From NCBI GenBank assembly GCA_002418865.1, contig DIEY01000002.1:32824-96823 (forward strand): a DNA stretch of 64,000 nucleotides, read 5' to 3'. This DNA comes from Bacteroidales bacterium UBA5762 (GTDB taxonomy: Bacteria; Bacteroidota; Bacteroidia; Bacteroidales; TTA-H9). Made by a program: the position numbers and the translations under genes. Each line of letters opens with the position of its first letter. Position 1 is the stretch's first letter. Of the stretch, positions 49,970-59,276 are shown one piece after another. A model generated the notes under the pieces. The model did no database searches, was not told the origin of the DNA, and saw nothing but the letters and a program-made list of their open reading frames with translations.

Positions 49970-52900
49970 ATGAAAACAGAATATCTTCTTCAAAAGGCTA
50001 TAATTATTGGGCTGGTAGCTTTTAGAATTTTCCCAGTTCAAGCCCAAACTGGTTTTATCGAGAATGAAGGACAATGGAATTTGCATATTCTTTTTTCATC
50101 GCAACCACAAGCAAATGTAGCAGCGTTTATCGAATCGGGTTCAATAACTTTCAATATGCTGCAAGGACAACATGACGAAACAACTAATCATGAAAATATA
50201 AGTGGAAAGCATAATTATGAAAATATTCAGGGACATGCTTTTCGAATCACATTTGAAAATGCCAATTTTTCAGATATCACAGCCTTAAAACCCAAACCAG
50301 AAAAATTAAATTATTTTCTTGGGAAAGATCCAAAAAAATGGAAAACAGATATAAAAATCTTCGAAGAACTGTATTTGCAAAATGTATACAAGAATATCGA
50401 TCTAAGAATTCTTCCTGCGGTTGGAGGTATAAAATATGAGTTCATCATACATGCAGGAGGCAAAATCAATGATATTTCCATTCGATATGATGGCTTGGAC
50501 AATATTAAATTGCAGGAAGGCTATCTTATTTTGAACACTACTCTGGGAGAAATTATCGAAGAAGCCCCAAAAGTTATAGTTGAAGATAAAGGGATAAAAT
50601 ATGAGGCTGAATGCCAATATCAAATCGAAGCCAACAGGATAAAATTTCATTTTGACCGGTCATTTTCTGACTCTGAAAAAATCATTATCGATCCTCGTTT
50701 GATATTTTCCACTTATTCAGGAAGCCAAGCCGACAACTGGGGATTTACCGCTACTTATGATAATGCAGGTAATGTATATTCCGGAGGCATTGTCTTCAAT
50801 ATCGGATATCCAGTAAGTTTAGGAGCCTACCAACAAAATTTTGCAGGCGGATGCGACATAGGTATCATCAAATATGATTCTACGGGGACAAATCGAATCT
50901 ATGCCACCTATCTTGGTGGGCTTTATGCCGACTTACCCCACAGTTTAATCGTCAACACTTCCAACGAACTGGTCATTTTTGGTACTACTGGTTCGCCTAA
51001 TTTTCCAGTTACACCCTTGGCATTCGATACAAGCTTTAACGGAGGGAATCCGGTTAATTATGCTTCTTTAAATTTTCCCTTAGGCTCTGATATTTTTGTG
51101 GCTAAACTGAGTGAAGATGGCTCACAATTAATATCTTCCACTTTTATAGGAGGGAGCGGAAATGATGGTTTGAATTTCCGTTCTCGCTATTCACCCATGC
51201 TTATGACAGGCAATGATACTTTATATTATAATTATGGAGATGGTGCCCGTGGCGAAGTGATTACCGACCAGCAAGATAACATTTATATTGGATCCACATC
51301 ATTTTCGAACGATTTCCCTATAACTACTGAAACATTTCAACCCTTTTTCAAAGGAAAACAAGAAGGTGTTGTGTGTAAATTCGACAGGACATTGAGCTAT
51401 TTGAACTGGAGTAGTTATTTAGGCGGATCGAATGATGAAGCTATATTTTCTATAGATATCAACTCTGGTGGTGATATATACGTTACTGGTGGCACTAATA
51501 GTGGCGATTTCCCTACCACATTAGGAGCTTATCGGAGACAATTTAGTGGTGGAAGTGCCGATGCGTTTATTTCGTGTATTTCGGCTAATGGACAGCATTT
51601 GAAGGGATCAACCTTTTGGGGATCGCCAACCTATGATCAAGGGTATTTTGTGCGTATTGGGCCCGATAATGAAGTATATGTTTTCGGGCAAACCAAAGCT
51701 CCTGATTCGTCCATGATGATCAATGCCCTATACGGTCAACCAAACAGTGGTCAATTGATATCAAAATTTTCGCCTTTAATCGATACCTTGAGATGGAGTA
51801 CTGTAGTTGGGAAAGGTGATGGACAACCTAATATTTCTCCAACGGCATTCATGGTAGATGTATGTGGGAGGATTTATTATTCGGGCTGGGGAAGAATATG
51901 GGGCGATAGTTATGTAAATGGCAACTGGCACTTATGGGGTACACCCTTTGGGACTCACGGCCTTGCGGTTACACCCGATGCTGTTCAACCCATTACCGAT
52001 GGGCAAGATTTCTATGTGGCTATACTATCGGCTAATGCAGCAGGGTTAGATTATGCTACTTTTTTTGGAGAACTGCACTATACGGGTTGTTCATTTAGTG
52101 GTCATGATCATGTGGATGGTGGCACTAGCCGCTTCGATCCAAGGGGAAACATAATTCAATCGGTTTGCGCATCGTGTGGAGGCTGCCAGCAATTTCCCAC
52201 ATATCCTAACCCTGGGGCCTGGTCGAATACAAATAACTCAACTAACTGCAACAATGCCATATTTAAGATCCATTTGAAGAGTGATATTGCCACAGCTAAT
52301 TTCATTACGCCTCCAAGCGGTTGCGCTCCTTATGAAGTTCAATTCCAAAACACCAGTGTTGGTTCGTCCTTTTGGTGGGATTTTGGTGATACAACTTCAG
52401 GAGCCGCCAATTATTCTAGTTTAAAAAATCCATCCCATACTTATCACCAAGCAGGATTATACACCATTACCCTTATTAGCTTCTTACCAGGTAGTTGCAA
52501 TTTATCGGATACGATTCAAAAAAATCTGCTCATTCTCGACGATACTACCATATGGCTCGATACTCTTGTAATTTGCCAGAATAACTCCGTTCAAATTGGA
52601 ATCTCTCCATTCCCTGATACTACTATAAACTACCAATGGATCCCAGATACATGCCTCAGCAATCCGAATATTTCTAATCCATTCGCATTCCCACAGACCA
52701 CTACAACTTATATGTGCCTGGTTGCAAGCCCTGAATGTACAGATACGCTCCTTCAAACTATTGAAGTGATTCCCTTCTTAATTTCGGCGGGCGAAGATAC
52801 TGTAAGCTGTTCCGAATGGTTTACTCTCCATGCTTCATCGGGAGATACAAGTACTCTGTTTCATTGGTCATCCCTAAGGAATTTCCTCGATACTTTAAAC

Positions 52901-55564
52901 TCATCCCCTTTTGATAGCACTGCATTCATCAACTTAACCAACTACACAGGAAACACATTTTATCTTAAGGCATATAATTCAATCGGATGTGAATCTATCG
53001 ACAGCGTAAAAGTAATTTATGGAGGGGCCAACATTACGACCAGTTCTGATCGTATGGCTTGCTACAATGACACTTTACATCTACATGCGTATAATTTATA
53101 TCCAAACAATATTTTAACTTGGGAATGGCAACCCGAAGCCTATATCCTTACCGGCTCCCATAGCCCAGATCCTATAGCCAAGCCCGATACAAGTACATGG
53201 TTTTTTGTGAAGGCTTCATCTCTCTATCATTGCCAGACCTTGGATAGTATTCACATTCAGATTAGTCACATATTGCCAGGCTTAGACGTCCATCCCACAA
53301 GCTGTTACGATACATGCGACGGATGGGCAAAAGTTAATCCTACAGGTGGCTTCCCTCCTTATTCTATTTTATTTAGCAATGGAATACAAGACTCCGCAAT
53401 TACACATCTTTGCTCAGGAAAATTTTGGGTAAGCATTACAGATTCTATTGGCTGTGATACTATAACGGAGTTCCAAATCGATTCCCCTTCGCCATTTTTT
53501 ATCAAATATAAAATACAGCATGTAAGCTGTCATGGCGATTCTACTGGTTTTATTCATTTAAATATAACGGGAGCGACTCCGCCATATCAAATATTCTGGT
53601 CGAATGGTGACAGCGGACCTTACCTTAATCATTTACCGGCAGGTTCATATATAGCACAAATATTTGATGCCAACCTCTGTGATACTGTATTGAATTTTTT
53701 CATTCAGCAACCCCAAGCTTTTGATGTTGAAGCAGAGATTAATTCAGTCAGTTGTCATGGGTATGCTGATGGCAGCATTCAATTGCAAATCAGTGGTGGC
53801 ATTCCACCTTATTCAATTTTCTGGAATAATGGGATGCAAGGTAGATTGATCAATGGATTAAGCGCAGGAACCTACACAGCTTTATTGATTGACAGCCTGC
53901 AATGTGATACTTCCATGACATTTATCATTAATGAGCCACCTTCTTTAGTCGTTCAGGCCATTGTTGAGCCGGTAAGTTGCCCGGGGAATAGCGACGGTAG
54001 CATCGAACTATTTTTGGAAGGAGGTAGCCAGCCCTATTCTATACATTGGGCCACAGGAGATACTTCACTTCATCTCTACAACCTTTCGGCCGGATTTTAT
54101 TCCGTTCGCATCATCGACAATCATCAATGTACTTTTGATACGGGTTTCATCATCGATGAGCCATCACCTTTTACGATAATAGCAAGTATTTCACCCGTAA
54201 CTTGCAAAGGATATGCGGATGGTAGCATCATGATAGAAGCAAGTGGAGGTAGCCCTCCGTATGCTTTAACATGGTCGAATGGCTTGACAGGCAATTTCTT
54301 GTCAGGTTTAGAGGGTGGATTCTACACTTTAACCCTCCTCGACCTTCATTCATGTGATACTACTATTACATTTTTTGTCCCCGAGGCTCAACATCCATTA
54401 AATGTAACCTTATTGAGTTATCAACCTTCTTGTTGGGATTCTGAAGATGGAGCCTATAAAATTTTGCCAGAAGGTGGGATGCCTCCTTACACCATATTTT
54501 GGGAAACGCATGAAATTTCAGACAGCATAGGCAATTTACCGGCTGGAATATACTCAATCGATATCTCCGATGCTTATAAGTGCAATGTACATATCACAGA
54601 TACGCTTTCCTCTCCTACTCCATTCATGATTCAGTCTATTATTCAAAATCCAAGATGTGCATTTGGCATTCCTGATGGAAGCATTCAAGTTCTCGTAGCA
54701 GGAGGTACACCACCCTATTACTTTCATTGGTCAAATGGTGAACAGACTTCCTTATTGCAAAATATTCCTATTGGAATTTATCAAGTTCATATCATTGACT
54801 CTCATCAGTGCGACACCAACCTTTCCTTCACTCTAAAGGCTCCGTCGGAATTTCAAATCACAAAAAAAATTTCCCCCTGTTCCTGTTTCGGAAAAAATGA
54901 TGGGAGCATAGAAATAGAAATTGTAGGCGATCAAACCGAATACAAAATAATATGGGCGGATGGCAGTGATGAAAAAATCAGAAATAACCTCTATGCAGGG
55001 GTTTATCCTTTTCGGGTATCCGATAAAAACGATTGTACAAAGTATGATACTATTACGATAGAGCAACCCGAGGCTATCGAAGTCAGCAAGAAAGTCTCAC
55101 CGGTAGGATGCGAAAGCGATTCGGACGGAAAAATAGAACTAAGCATAGAAGGAGGGAGCCCGCCTTATACTGTAATCTGGCCGGAAGGTTTTCAAGGTGA
55201 AATACTATATGAGCTCCCCAAAGGAATCTATACTTTCCAAATCATTGATAACCACAACTGTTCAATGATAGACACGGTTGTAGTTTGGCAGAAAGAGTGC
55301 TGCATCGATATTCCCAATATAATCACCCCTAATAGCGATGGTTTTAATGATACATTCGTCATTAAGGGCATAGAAAACTTCCCCACTAATGAATTAATCA
55401 TTTACAACCGTTGGGGGAAAGAGATCATTCAATTCAAAGGCTATAAAAATGAGTGGGATGGTAGAGATGCCAATGGTGAACAGGTGGCAGACGGTGTTTA
55501 TTATTATATTCTTCATCTAACGGGTGGCCGTTACTTTCAAGGTTCTATTACGGTGATACGATAA
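49970..55564 (+). CDS. SprB-like giant cell-surface adhesin: beta-propeller (SBBP) repeats, a PKD domain, 9 SprB repeats and a T9SS type-B C-terminal domain
   Basis: Signal peptide. SBBP-like repeats (GG...D.G..I..D..GNIY(V/I)(T/G)G.T.S.DFP(T/I)T). PKD core WWDFGDTTSGAANYSSLKNPSHTY. Nine units of VSCHG..DGSI.L...GG.PPY...W.NG. C-terminus IPNIITPNSDGFNDTF..IIYNRWGKEI..WDGRDANGEQVADGVYYYIL..GSITVIR. Confidence 0.9.
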   Translation: MKTEYLLQKAIIIGLVAFRIFPVQAQTGFIENEGQWNLHILFSSQPQANVAAFIESGSITFNMLQGQHDETTNHENISGKHNYENIQGHAFRITFENANFSDITALKPKPEKLNYFLGKDPKKWKTDIKIFEELYLQNVYKNIDLRILPAVGGIKYEFIIHAGGKINDISIRYDGLDNIKLQEGYLILNTTLGEIIEEAPKVIVEDKGIKYEAECQYQIEANRIKFHFDRSFSDSEKIIIDPRLIFSTYSGSQADNWGFTATYDNAGNVYSGGIVFNIGYPVSLGAYQQNFAGGCDIGIIKYDSTGTNRIYATYLGGLYADLPHSLIVNTSNELVIFGTTGSPNFPVTPLAFDTSFNGGNPVNYASLNFPLGSDIFVAKLSEDGSQLISSTFIGGSGNDGLNFRSRYSPMLMTGNDTLYYNYGDGARGEVITDQQDNIYIGSTSFSNDFPITTETFQPFFKGKQEGVVCKFDRTLSYLNWSSYLGGSNDEAIFSIDINSGGDIYVTGGTNSGDFPTTLGAYRRQFSGGSADAFISCISANGQHLKGSTFWGSPTYDQGYFVRIGPDNEVYVFGQTKAPDSSMMINALYGQPNSGQLISKFSPLIDTLRWSTVVGKGDGQPNISPTAFMVDVCGRIYYSGWGRIWGDSYVNGNWHLWGTPFGTHGLAVTPDAVQPITDGQDFYVAILSANAAGLDYATFFGELHYTGCSFSGHDHVDGGTSRFDPRGNIIQSVCASCGGCQQFPTYPNPGAWSNTNNSTNCNNAIFKIHLKSDIATANFITPPSGCAPYEVQFQNTSVGSSFWWDFGDTTSGAANYSSLKNPSHTYHQAGLYTITLISFLPGSCNLSDTIQKNLLILDDTTIWLDTLVICQNNSVQIGISPFPDTTINYQWIPDTCLSNPNISNPFAFPQTTTTYMCLVASPECTDTLLQTIEVIPFLISAGEDTVSCSEWFTLHASSGDTSTLFHWSSLRNFLDTLNSSPFDSTAFINLTNYTGNTFYLKAYNSIGCESIDSVKVIYGGANITTSSDRMACYNDTLHLHAYNLYPNNILTWEWQPEAYILTGSHSPDPIAKPDTSTWFFVKASSLYHCQTLDSIHIQISHILPGLDVHPTSCYDTCDGWAKVNPTGGFPPYSILFSNGIQDSAITHLCSGKFWVSITDSIGCDTITEFQIDSPSPFFIKYKIQHVSCHGDSTGFIHLNITGATPPYQIFWSNGDSGPYLNHLPAGSYIAQIFDANLCDTVLNFFIQQPQAFDVEAEINSVSCHGYADGSIQLQISGGIPPYSIFWNNGMQGRLINGLSAGTYTALLIDSLQCDTSMTFIINEPPSLVVQAIVEPVSCPGNSDGSIELFLEGGSQPYSIHWATGDTSLHLYNLSAGFYSVRIIDNHQCTFDTGFIIDEPSPFTIIASISPVTCKGYADGSIMIEASGGSPPYALTWSNGLTGNFLSGLEGGFYTLTLLDLHSCDTTITFFVPEAQHPLNVTLLSYQPSCWDSEDGAYKILPEGGMPPYTIFWETHEISDSIGNLPAGIYSIDISDAYKCNVHITDTLSSPTPFMIQSIIQNPRCAFGIPDGSIQVLVAGGTPPYYFHWSNGEQTSLLQNIPIGIYQVHIIDSHQCDTNLSFTLKAPSEFQITKKISPCSCFGKNDGSIEIEIVGDQTEYKIIWADGSDEKIRNNLYAGVYPFRVSDKNDCTKYDTITIEQPEAIEVSKKVSPVGCESDSDGKIELSIEGGSPPYTVIWPEGFQGEILYELPKGIYTFQIIDNHNCSMIDTVVVWQKECCIDIPNIITPNSDGFNDTFVIKGIENFPTNELIIYNRWGKEIIQFKGYKNEWDGRDANGEQVADGVYYYILHLTGGRYFQGSITVIR
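53285..55300 (+). repeat. In-frame tandem array of 9 SprB-type repeats (~75 aa, ~225 nt period)
   Basis: Unit cores: TSCYDTCDG, VSCHGDSTG, VSCHGYADG, VSCPGNSDG, VTCKGYADG, PSCWDSEDG, PRCAFGIPDG, CSCFGKNDG, VGCESDSDG. All but one are followed by GG.(P/Q)PY; the eighth has the degenerate GDQTEY. Confidence 0.85.
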
Positions 55565-56056
55565 AACAAGCTGAATAAAGCAGAGGTCGAACAAGCGAAA
55601 CTATAGAATTTCTGTTCTAAAGTCTATTTGTGTGTGCTCTTTTTTAGAGGTGAAGGGAAGTTCCAAAATATAAATAACAATTATTCCTAATATAAAAAAG
55701 TGAATTTCATTATTCTTCTCTCCTATAGAATCCTTCCAAGAAATTGTAGCTGACGGATTGATGTATATCATCTATGATTATTTGCCAGCAGTATTATATC
55801 TTTCTTTATCTCTAACCGACAATGATTATCTACGTGAAATCTGCACGTATCTGCGCGAGCTTTTGAAAGTTTTTCTCGCTAATGATCGCCGATTTAATTT
55901 CACGCTGATTTTATCTGTGCATATCTTCGAAGAAATCTGTGTATATTGGGGGAGAACTTGTTTCTATTTTTCTGGTCAATCTTTACAGAGACTCAGGGAT
56001 GGCATTTCACGAGAAAAAGAATTTCTCCATCTATGTTTTAAGTAAAACTTATCATG

Positions 56057-56064
56057 TAAATTTG
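56057..56064 (+). promoter_or_regulatory. Bacteroidota -7 promoter box upstream of serA
   Basis: TAAATTTG lies 46 nt upstream of the ATG at 56110. Confidence 0.45.
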
Positions 56065-56109
56065 TTGCATAAATCATTCGACACTCAAACCACTTAAATT
56101 CAAAATATT

Positions 56110-57030
56110 ATGAAGAAAATATTAGTTGCAACCGAAAAACCTTTTGCACAAGAAGCAATAGTAGCTATTCGCAAGGCAATAGAGAATGCAGGTTACTCAC
56201 TTGTTTTACTCGAAAAATATACCTTGAAGGCTGACTTATGCAATGCTGTAGCCGATGTTGATGCCCTCATTGTTAGAAGTGATATTGTCGACAGAGAAGT
56301 AATTGATGCAGCAAAGCATTTGAAAATTGTTGTACGTGCTGGTGCCGGATATGATAATATCGATTTGGAAGCATGCACAAAACAGGGGATAGTAGTGATG
56401 AACACACCGGGTCAGAACTCAAATGCGGTGGCCGAGCTGGCCTTTGGTATGATGTTGTACATGGCTCGTGGTGGTTTTGATGGAGGAACTGGCACCGAAC
56501 TACGTGGAAAAACCCTTGGCATTCATGCTTATGGTAATGTTGGAAAATACGTTGGTAAAATTGCCTCGGGTTTTGGAATGAAGACTTATGCCTACGATCC
56601 TTTTGTAACTTCCGATATAATTCAATCCAATGGAATAATACCTGTTTCTAAGGTTGAGGATCTTTATAATAGCTGTCAATATGTTTCACTACATATTCCA
56701 GCCAACGAACAGACAAAAAAGTCTATTAATTATGATTTGCTTTCGCTTATGCCAAAAGGAGCCACATTGGTTAACACGGCGAGGAAAGAAATTATTGACG
56801 AAGAAAGCCTTTTAAGAATGTTCGCTGAAAGACCGGATTTTAAGTATCTCAGTGATATAGAGCCAGGGTGCAAGGCAGAGATCATCGAGAAATATCCCAA
56901 ACGTTACTTTTTTACCCCCAAAAAGATGGGGGCTCAAACTCTCGAAGCCAATAACAATGCAGGCATAGCTGCAGCTCAACAAATTATCGATTTTTTCGAA
57001 AAAGGCGACATTCGCTTCAAAGTAAATTGA
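56110..57030 (+). CDS. serA: D-3-phosphoglycerate dehydrogenase (short form) / D-2-hydroxyacid dehydrogenase family
   Basis: NAD-binding GIHAYGNVGKYVG, the catalytic-domain pattern RAGAGYDNIDLEA, and SLHIP..E.T. Length of 306 aa is typical of Bacteroidota SerA. It sits next to DUF1015. Confidence 0.8.
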   Translation: MKKILVATEKPFAQEAIVAIRKAIENAGYSLVLLEKYTLKADLCNAVADVDALIVRSDIVDREVIDAAKHLKIVVRAGAGYDNIDLEACTKQGIVVMNTPGQNSNAVAELAFGMMLYMARGGFDGGTGTELRGKTLGIHAYGNVGKYVGKIASGFGMKTYAYDPFVTSDIIQSNGIIPVSKVEDLYNSCQYVSLHIPANEQTKKSINYDLLSLMPKGATLVNTARKEIIDEESLLRMFAERPDFKYLSDIEPGCKAEIIEKYPKRYFFTPKKMGAQTLEANNNAGIAAAQQIIDFFEKGDIRFKVN

Positions 57031-57306
57031 GGCAGCTTTTAATCATTTCCCGATATTCATCATTTCTTGTTCTTTGAAATCATTTAAAAGCATCCTCTGG
57101 TCTATAGAAATAAAGTACAAATAAGTTTTTTATCGAATTTTTAAATAGCATAAGCTATTGTAGTGATCAAAGGAATGTTTCTACGCTCAGAGGATGCTTT
57201 TTTTATCATGTAGCAACAATCCTGAAGCCAAAGGTTTGGTATCAGGAAAAACCTTCTCAACAGTATTTATTAAAAATATTTAAATTTACTTTAAAAACTT
57301 ACAACA

Positions 57307-57726
57307 ATGGCATTTTTTAGGTTTCAAGACCTGAGGGTCTATCAAAAAACGATGGAGTTTGTAACATGGGCTTCACGGATTGCCGAAGGGCATTATTCGA
57401 ATGGACTAGGCCAGATCATTAGTAATAAGCTTATAGATGCTTCCTTGGCCATAGCATCAAGCATAGCAGAAGGTTCGGCAGCGCCAAAACCAATCTTTAT
57501 CGAGCATCTCAAACAAGCGAAGGCTCATGTAAGAGAATGCGTTGTATTGACAGAACTCATGCTATCTCTGAAATTATTAAATGAACGTAATTATGAGTAT
57601 GCCTACTCTATGCTCTCTGAAATCATTAGAATGATAGGAGGACTTATTACATCATTAAGTAAGGATGTAGACGAAACACCCAGAAACAAACAAGACAATG
57701 AACAGGAAAACGACATCAATGTGTAA
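57307..57726 (+). CDS. Four-helix-bundle protein (23S rRNA intervening-sequence protein family)
   Basis: Family pattern F.DL.VYQK (FRFQDLRVYQKTMEF), I.S.IAEG (IASSIAEGSA), L..A...VRE, and a C-terminal I.RM.GGLI.SL. Confidence 0.7.
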   Translation: MAFFRFQDLRVYQKTMEFVTWASRIAEGHYSNGLGQIISNKLIDASLAIASSIAEGSAAPKPIFIEHLKQAKAHVRECVVLTELMLSLKLLNERNYEYAYSMLSEIIRMIGGLITSLSKDVDETPRNKQDNEQENDINV

Positions 57727-57764
57727 ATTCAAACTTTAAAATTACTTTTAAAACTATCAAACTT

Positions 57765-59012
57765 ATGGCTATTATAAAACCCTTTAAAGGACTTAGACCC
57801 CCAAAAGAAATTGCCCATCTTGTAGCTGCCCGGCCTTATGATGTGCTCAGCTCAGATGAAGCTCGCCAGGAAGCTCAAGGCAACCCTTATTCACTTTTAC
57901 ATATTACCAAACCTGAAATTGATCTCCCGATTGGTACAGATGAGCATTCTCAAGAAGTATATCTAAAGGCTGCTGAAAATTTTCTCATGTTTAGAGAAAA
58001 ACGATGGCTTGTACCTGATGAAAAAGATTTACTCTACATTTATGCTCAAACCATGGATGGTCGCACACAATACGGAATTGTAGGATGCGCAGCCGTTGAC
58101 GACTACTTCAATGGTGTAATAAAACGTCACGAACTCACCCGAAAAGACAAAGAAGAAGACCGGATGAAACATGTTATGATTACGAATGCTAATCTCGAAC
58201 CCGTCTTTTTTACTTATCCTGCCGTTAAAGAAATAGATGAAATTGTAAACCAAATTGTTAACACAACCTCGCCGGTTTATGATTTCACTGCACCCGATGG
58301 AATTGGACATCATTTCTGGCTCATCGAAAATAATGACATTATACAGAAAATTGTGCAGCTTTTTGCCAAAATTCCGCATACTTATGTAGCCGATGGACAT
58401 CATCGAACTGCCGCAGCGGCCCTTGTTGGGGCCGAGAAAAGAAGAATGAACCCTAATCATAAAGGGGATGAAGAATATAACTTTTTCATGGCAGTTCATT
58501 TCCCCGACAATCAACTAAGAATTATTGATTACAACCGTGTAGTAAAAGATTTAAACGGATTGTCGAAAGAAGAATTTCTGGAAAAGCTCAAACAACATTT
58601 TGTAATCGTCGAGAAAGGCCAGCAACCTTACAAACCTTCTCGCATGCATGAATTCAGTATGTATCTTGATGGAAGATGGTATTCTTTAGAAGCTCTGGCA
58701 CATACTTATGATGAGAATGATCCAATTGACGTTCTCGATGTTACCATTCTTAGCCGATATATTCTCGATGAGATTTTAGGAATTAAAGACCTGAGAACCG
58801 ATAAACGCATTGATTTTGTGGGAGGTATAAGAGGAATGCAGGAATTGAGTCGGCGAGTGAATAGTGGCGAAATGGCCGTTGCTTTTGCCTTATATCCCGT
58901 TTCATTAAAACAATTAATGGCTATTGCAGATTCAGGCCGAATAATGCCACCAAAAACTACCTGGTTCGAACCCAAATTGCGCTCAGGACTCGTAGTTCAC
59001 TTACTCGACTGA
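57765..59012 (+). CDS. DUF1015 domain-containing protein
   Basis: The N-terminus MAIIKPFKGLRP....VAARPYDVLS, along with HELTRKDKEEDRMKH and YVADGHHRTAAA, are the motifs I recall for DUF1015. Confidence 0.8.
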   Translation: MAIIKPFKGLRPPKEIAHLVAARPYDVLSSDEARQEAQGNPYSLLHITKPEIDLPIGTDEHSQEVYLKAAENFLMFREKRWLVPDEKDLLYIYAQTMDGRTQYGIVGCAAVDDYFNGVIKRHELTRKDKEEDRMKHVMITNANLEPVFFTYPAVKEIDEIVNQIVNTTSPVYDFTAPDGIGHHFWLIENNDIIQKIVQLFAKIPHTYVADGHHRTAAAALVGAEKRRMNPNHKGDEEYNFFMAVHFPDNQLRIIDYNRVVKDLNGLSKEEFLEKLKQHFVIVEKGQQPYKPSRMHEFSMYLDGRWYSLEALAHTYDENDPIDVLDVTILSRYILDEILGIKDLRTDKRIDFVGGIRGMQELSRRVNSGEMAVAFALYPVSLKQLMAIADSGRIMPPKTTWFEPKLRSGLVVHLLD

Positions 59013-59276
59013 ATTTAATAGAAATCCTCGTTTATTTTATTCGTTTAAAATACCGCTTTCGTTATTTCAACACACCTAAAGAGCCCTACTTCTCCTGTAT
59101 GGGCTCTACTTATTATTTTATTTCACTCTCACTCTACTTTTTTTAAATAAAACCTGAACATTTTAAACTTCGTATTGTTAATTTGTTAACAATAGAGAAT
59201 TATCAGTTTTACTTCTAACTTTCTTAAAATTAGATTAAAACATAATTTAAAATAAATTTCAAACACAGGAGGTAAT

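Noticed and set aside
55758-56045. 95-aa plus-strand ORF upstream of serA.
   Set aside because: It has no start context and no motifs. The sequence is dominated by repeat-like ATCTG words, so I treat it as non-coding (see the finding at 55820-55940).
58029-58514. 161-aa minus-strand ORF inside the DUF1015 gene.
   Set aside because: It is antisense to a gene with clear family motifs and has no recognisable features of its own.
58963-58973. GGTTCGAACCC, a tRNA T-arm-like sequence.
   Set aside because: It lies inside the DUF1015 coding frame (..TWFEPKL..), and no cloverleaf can be built around it.
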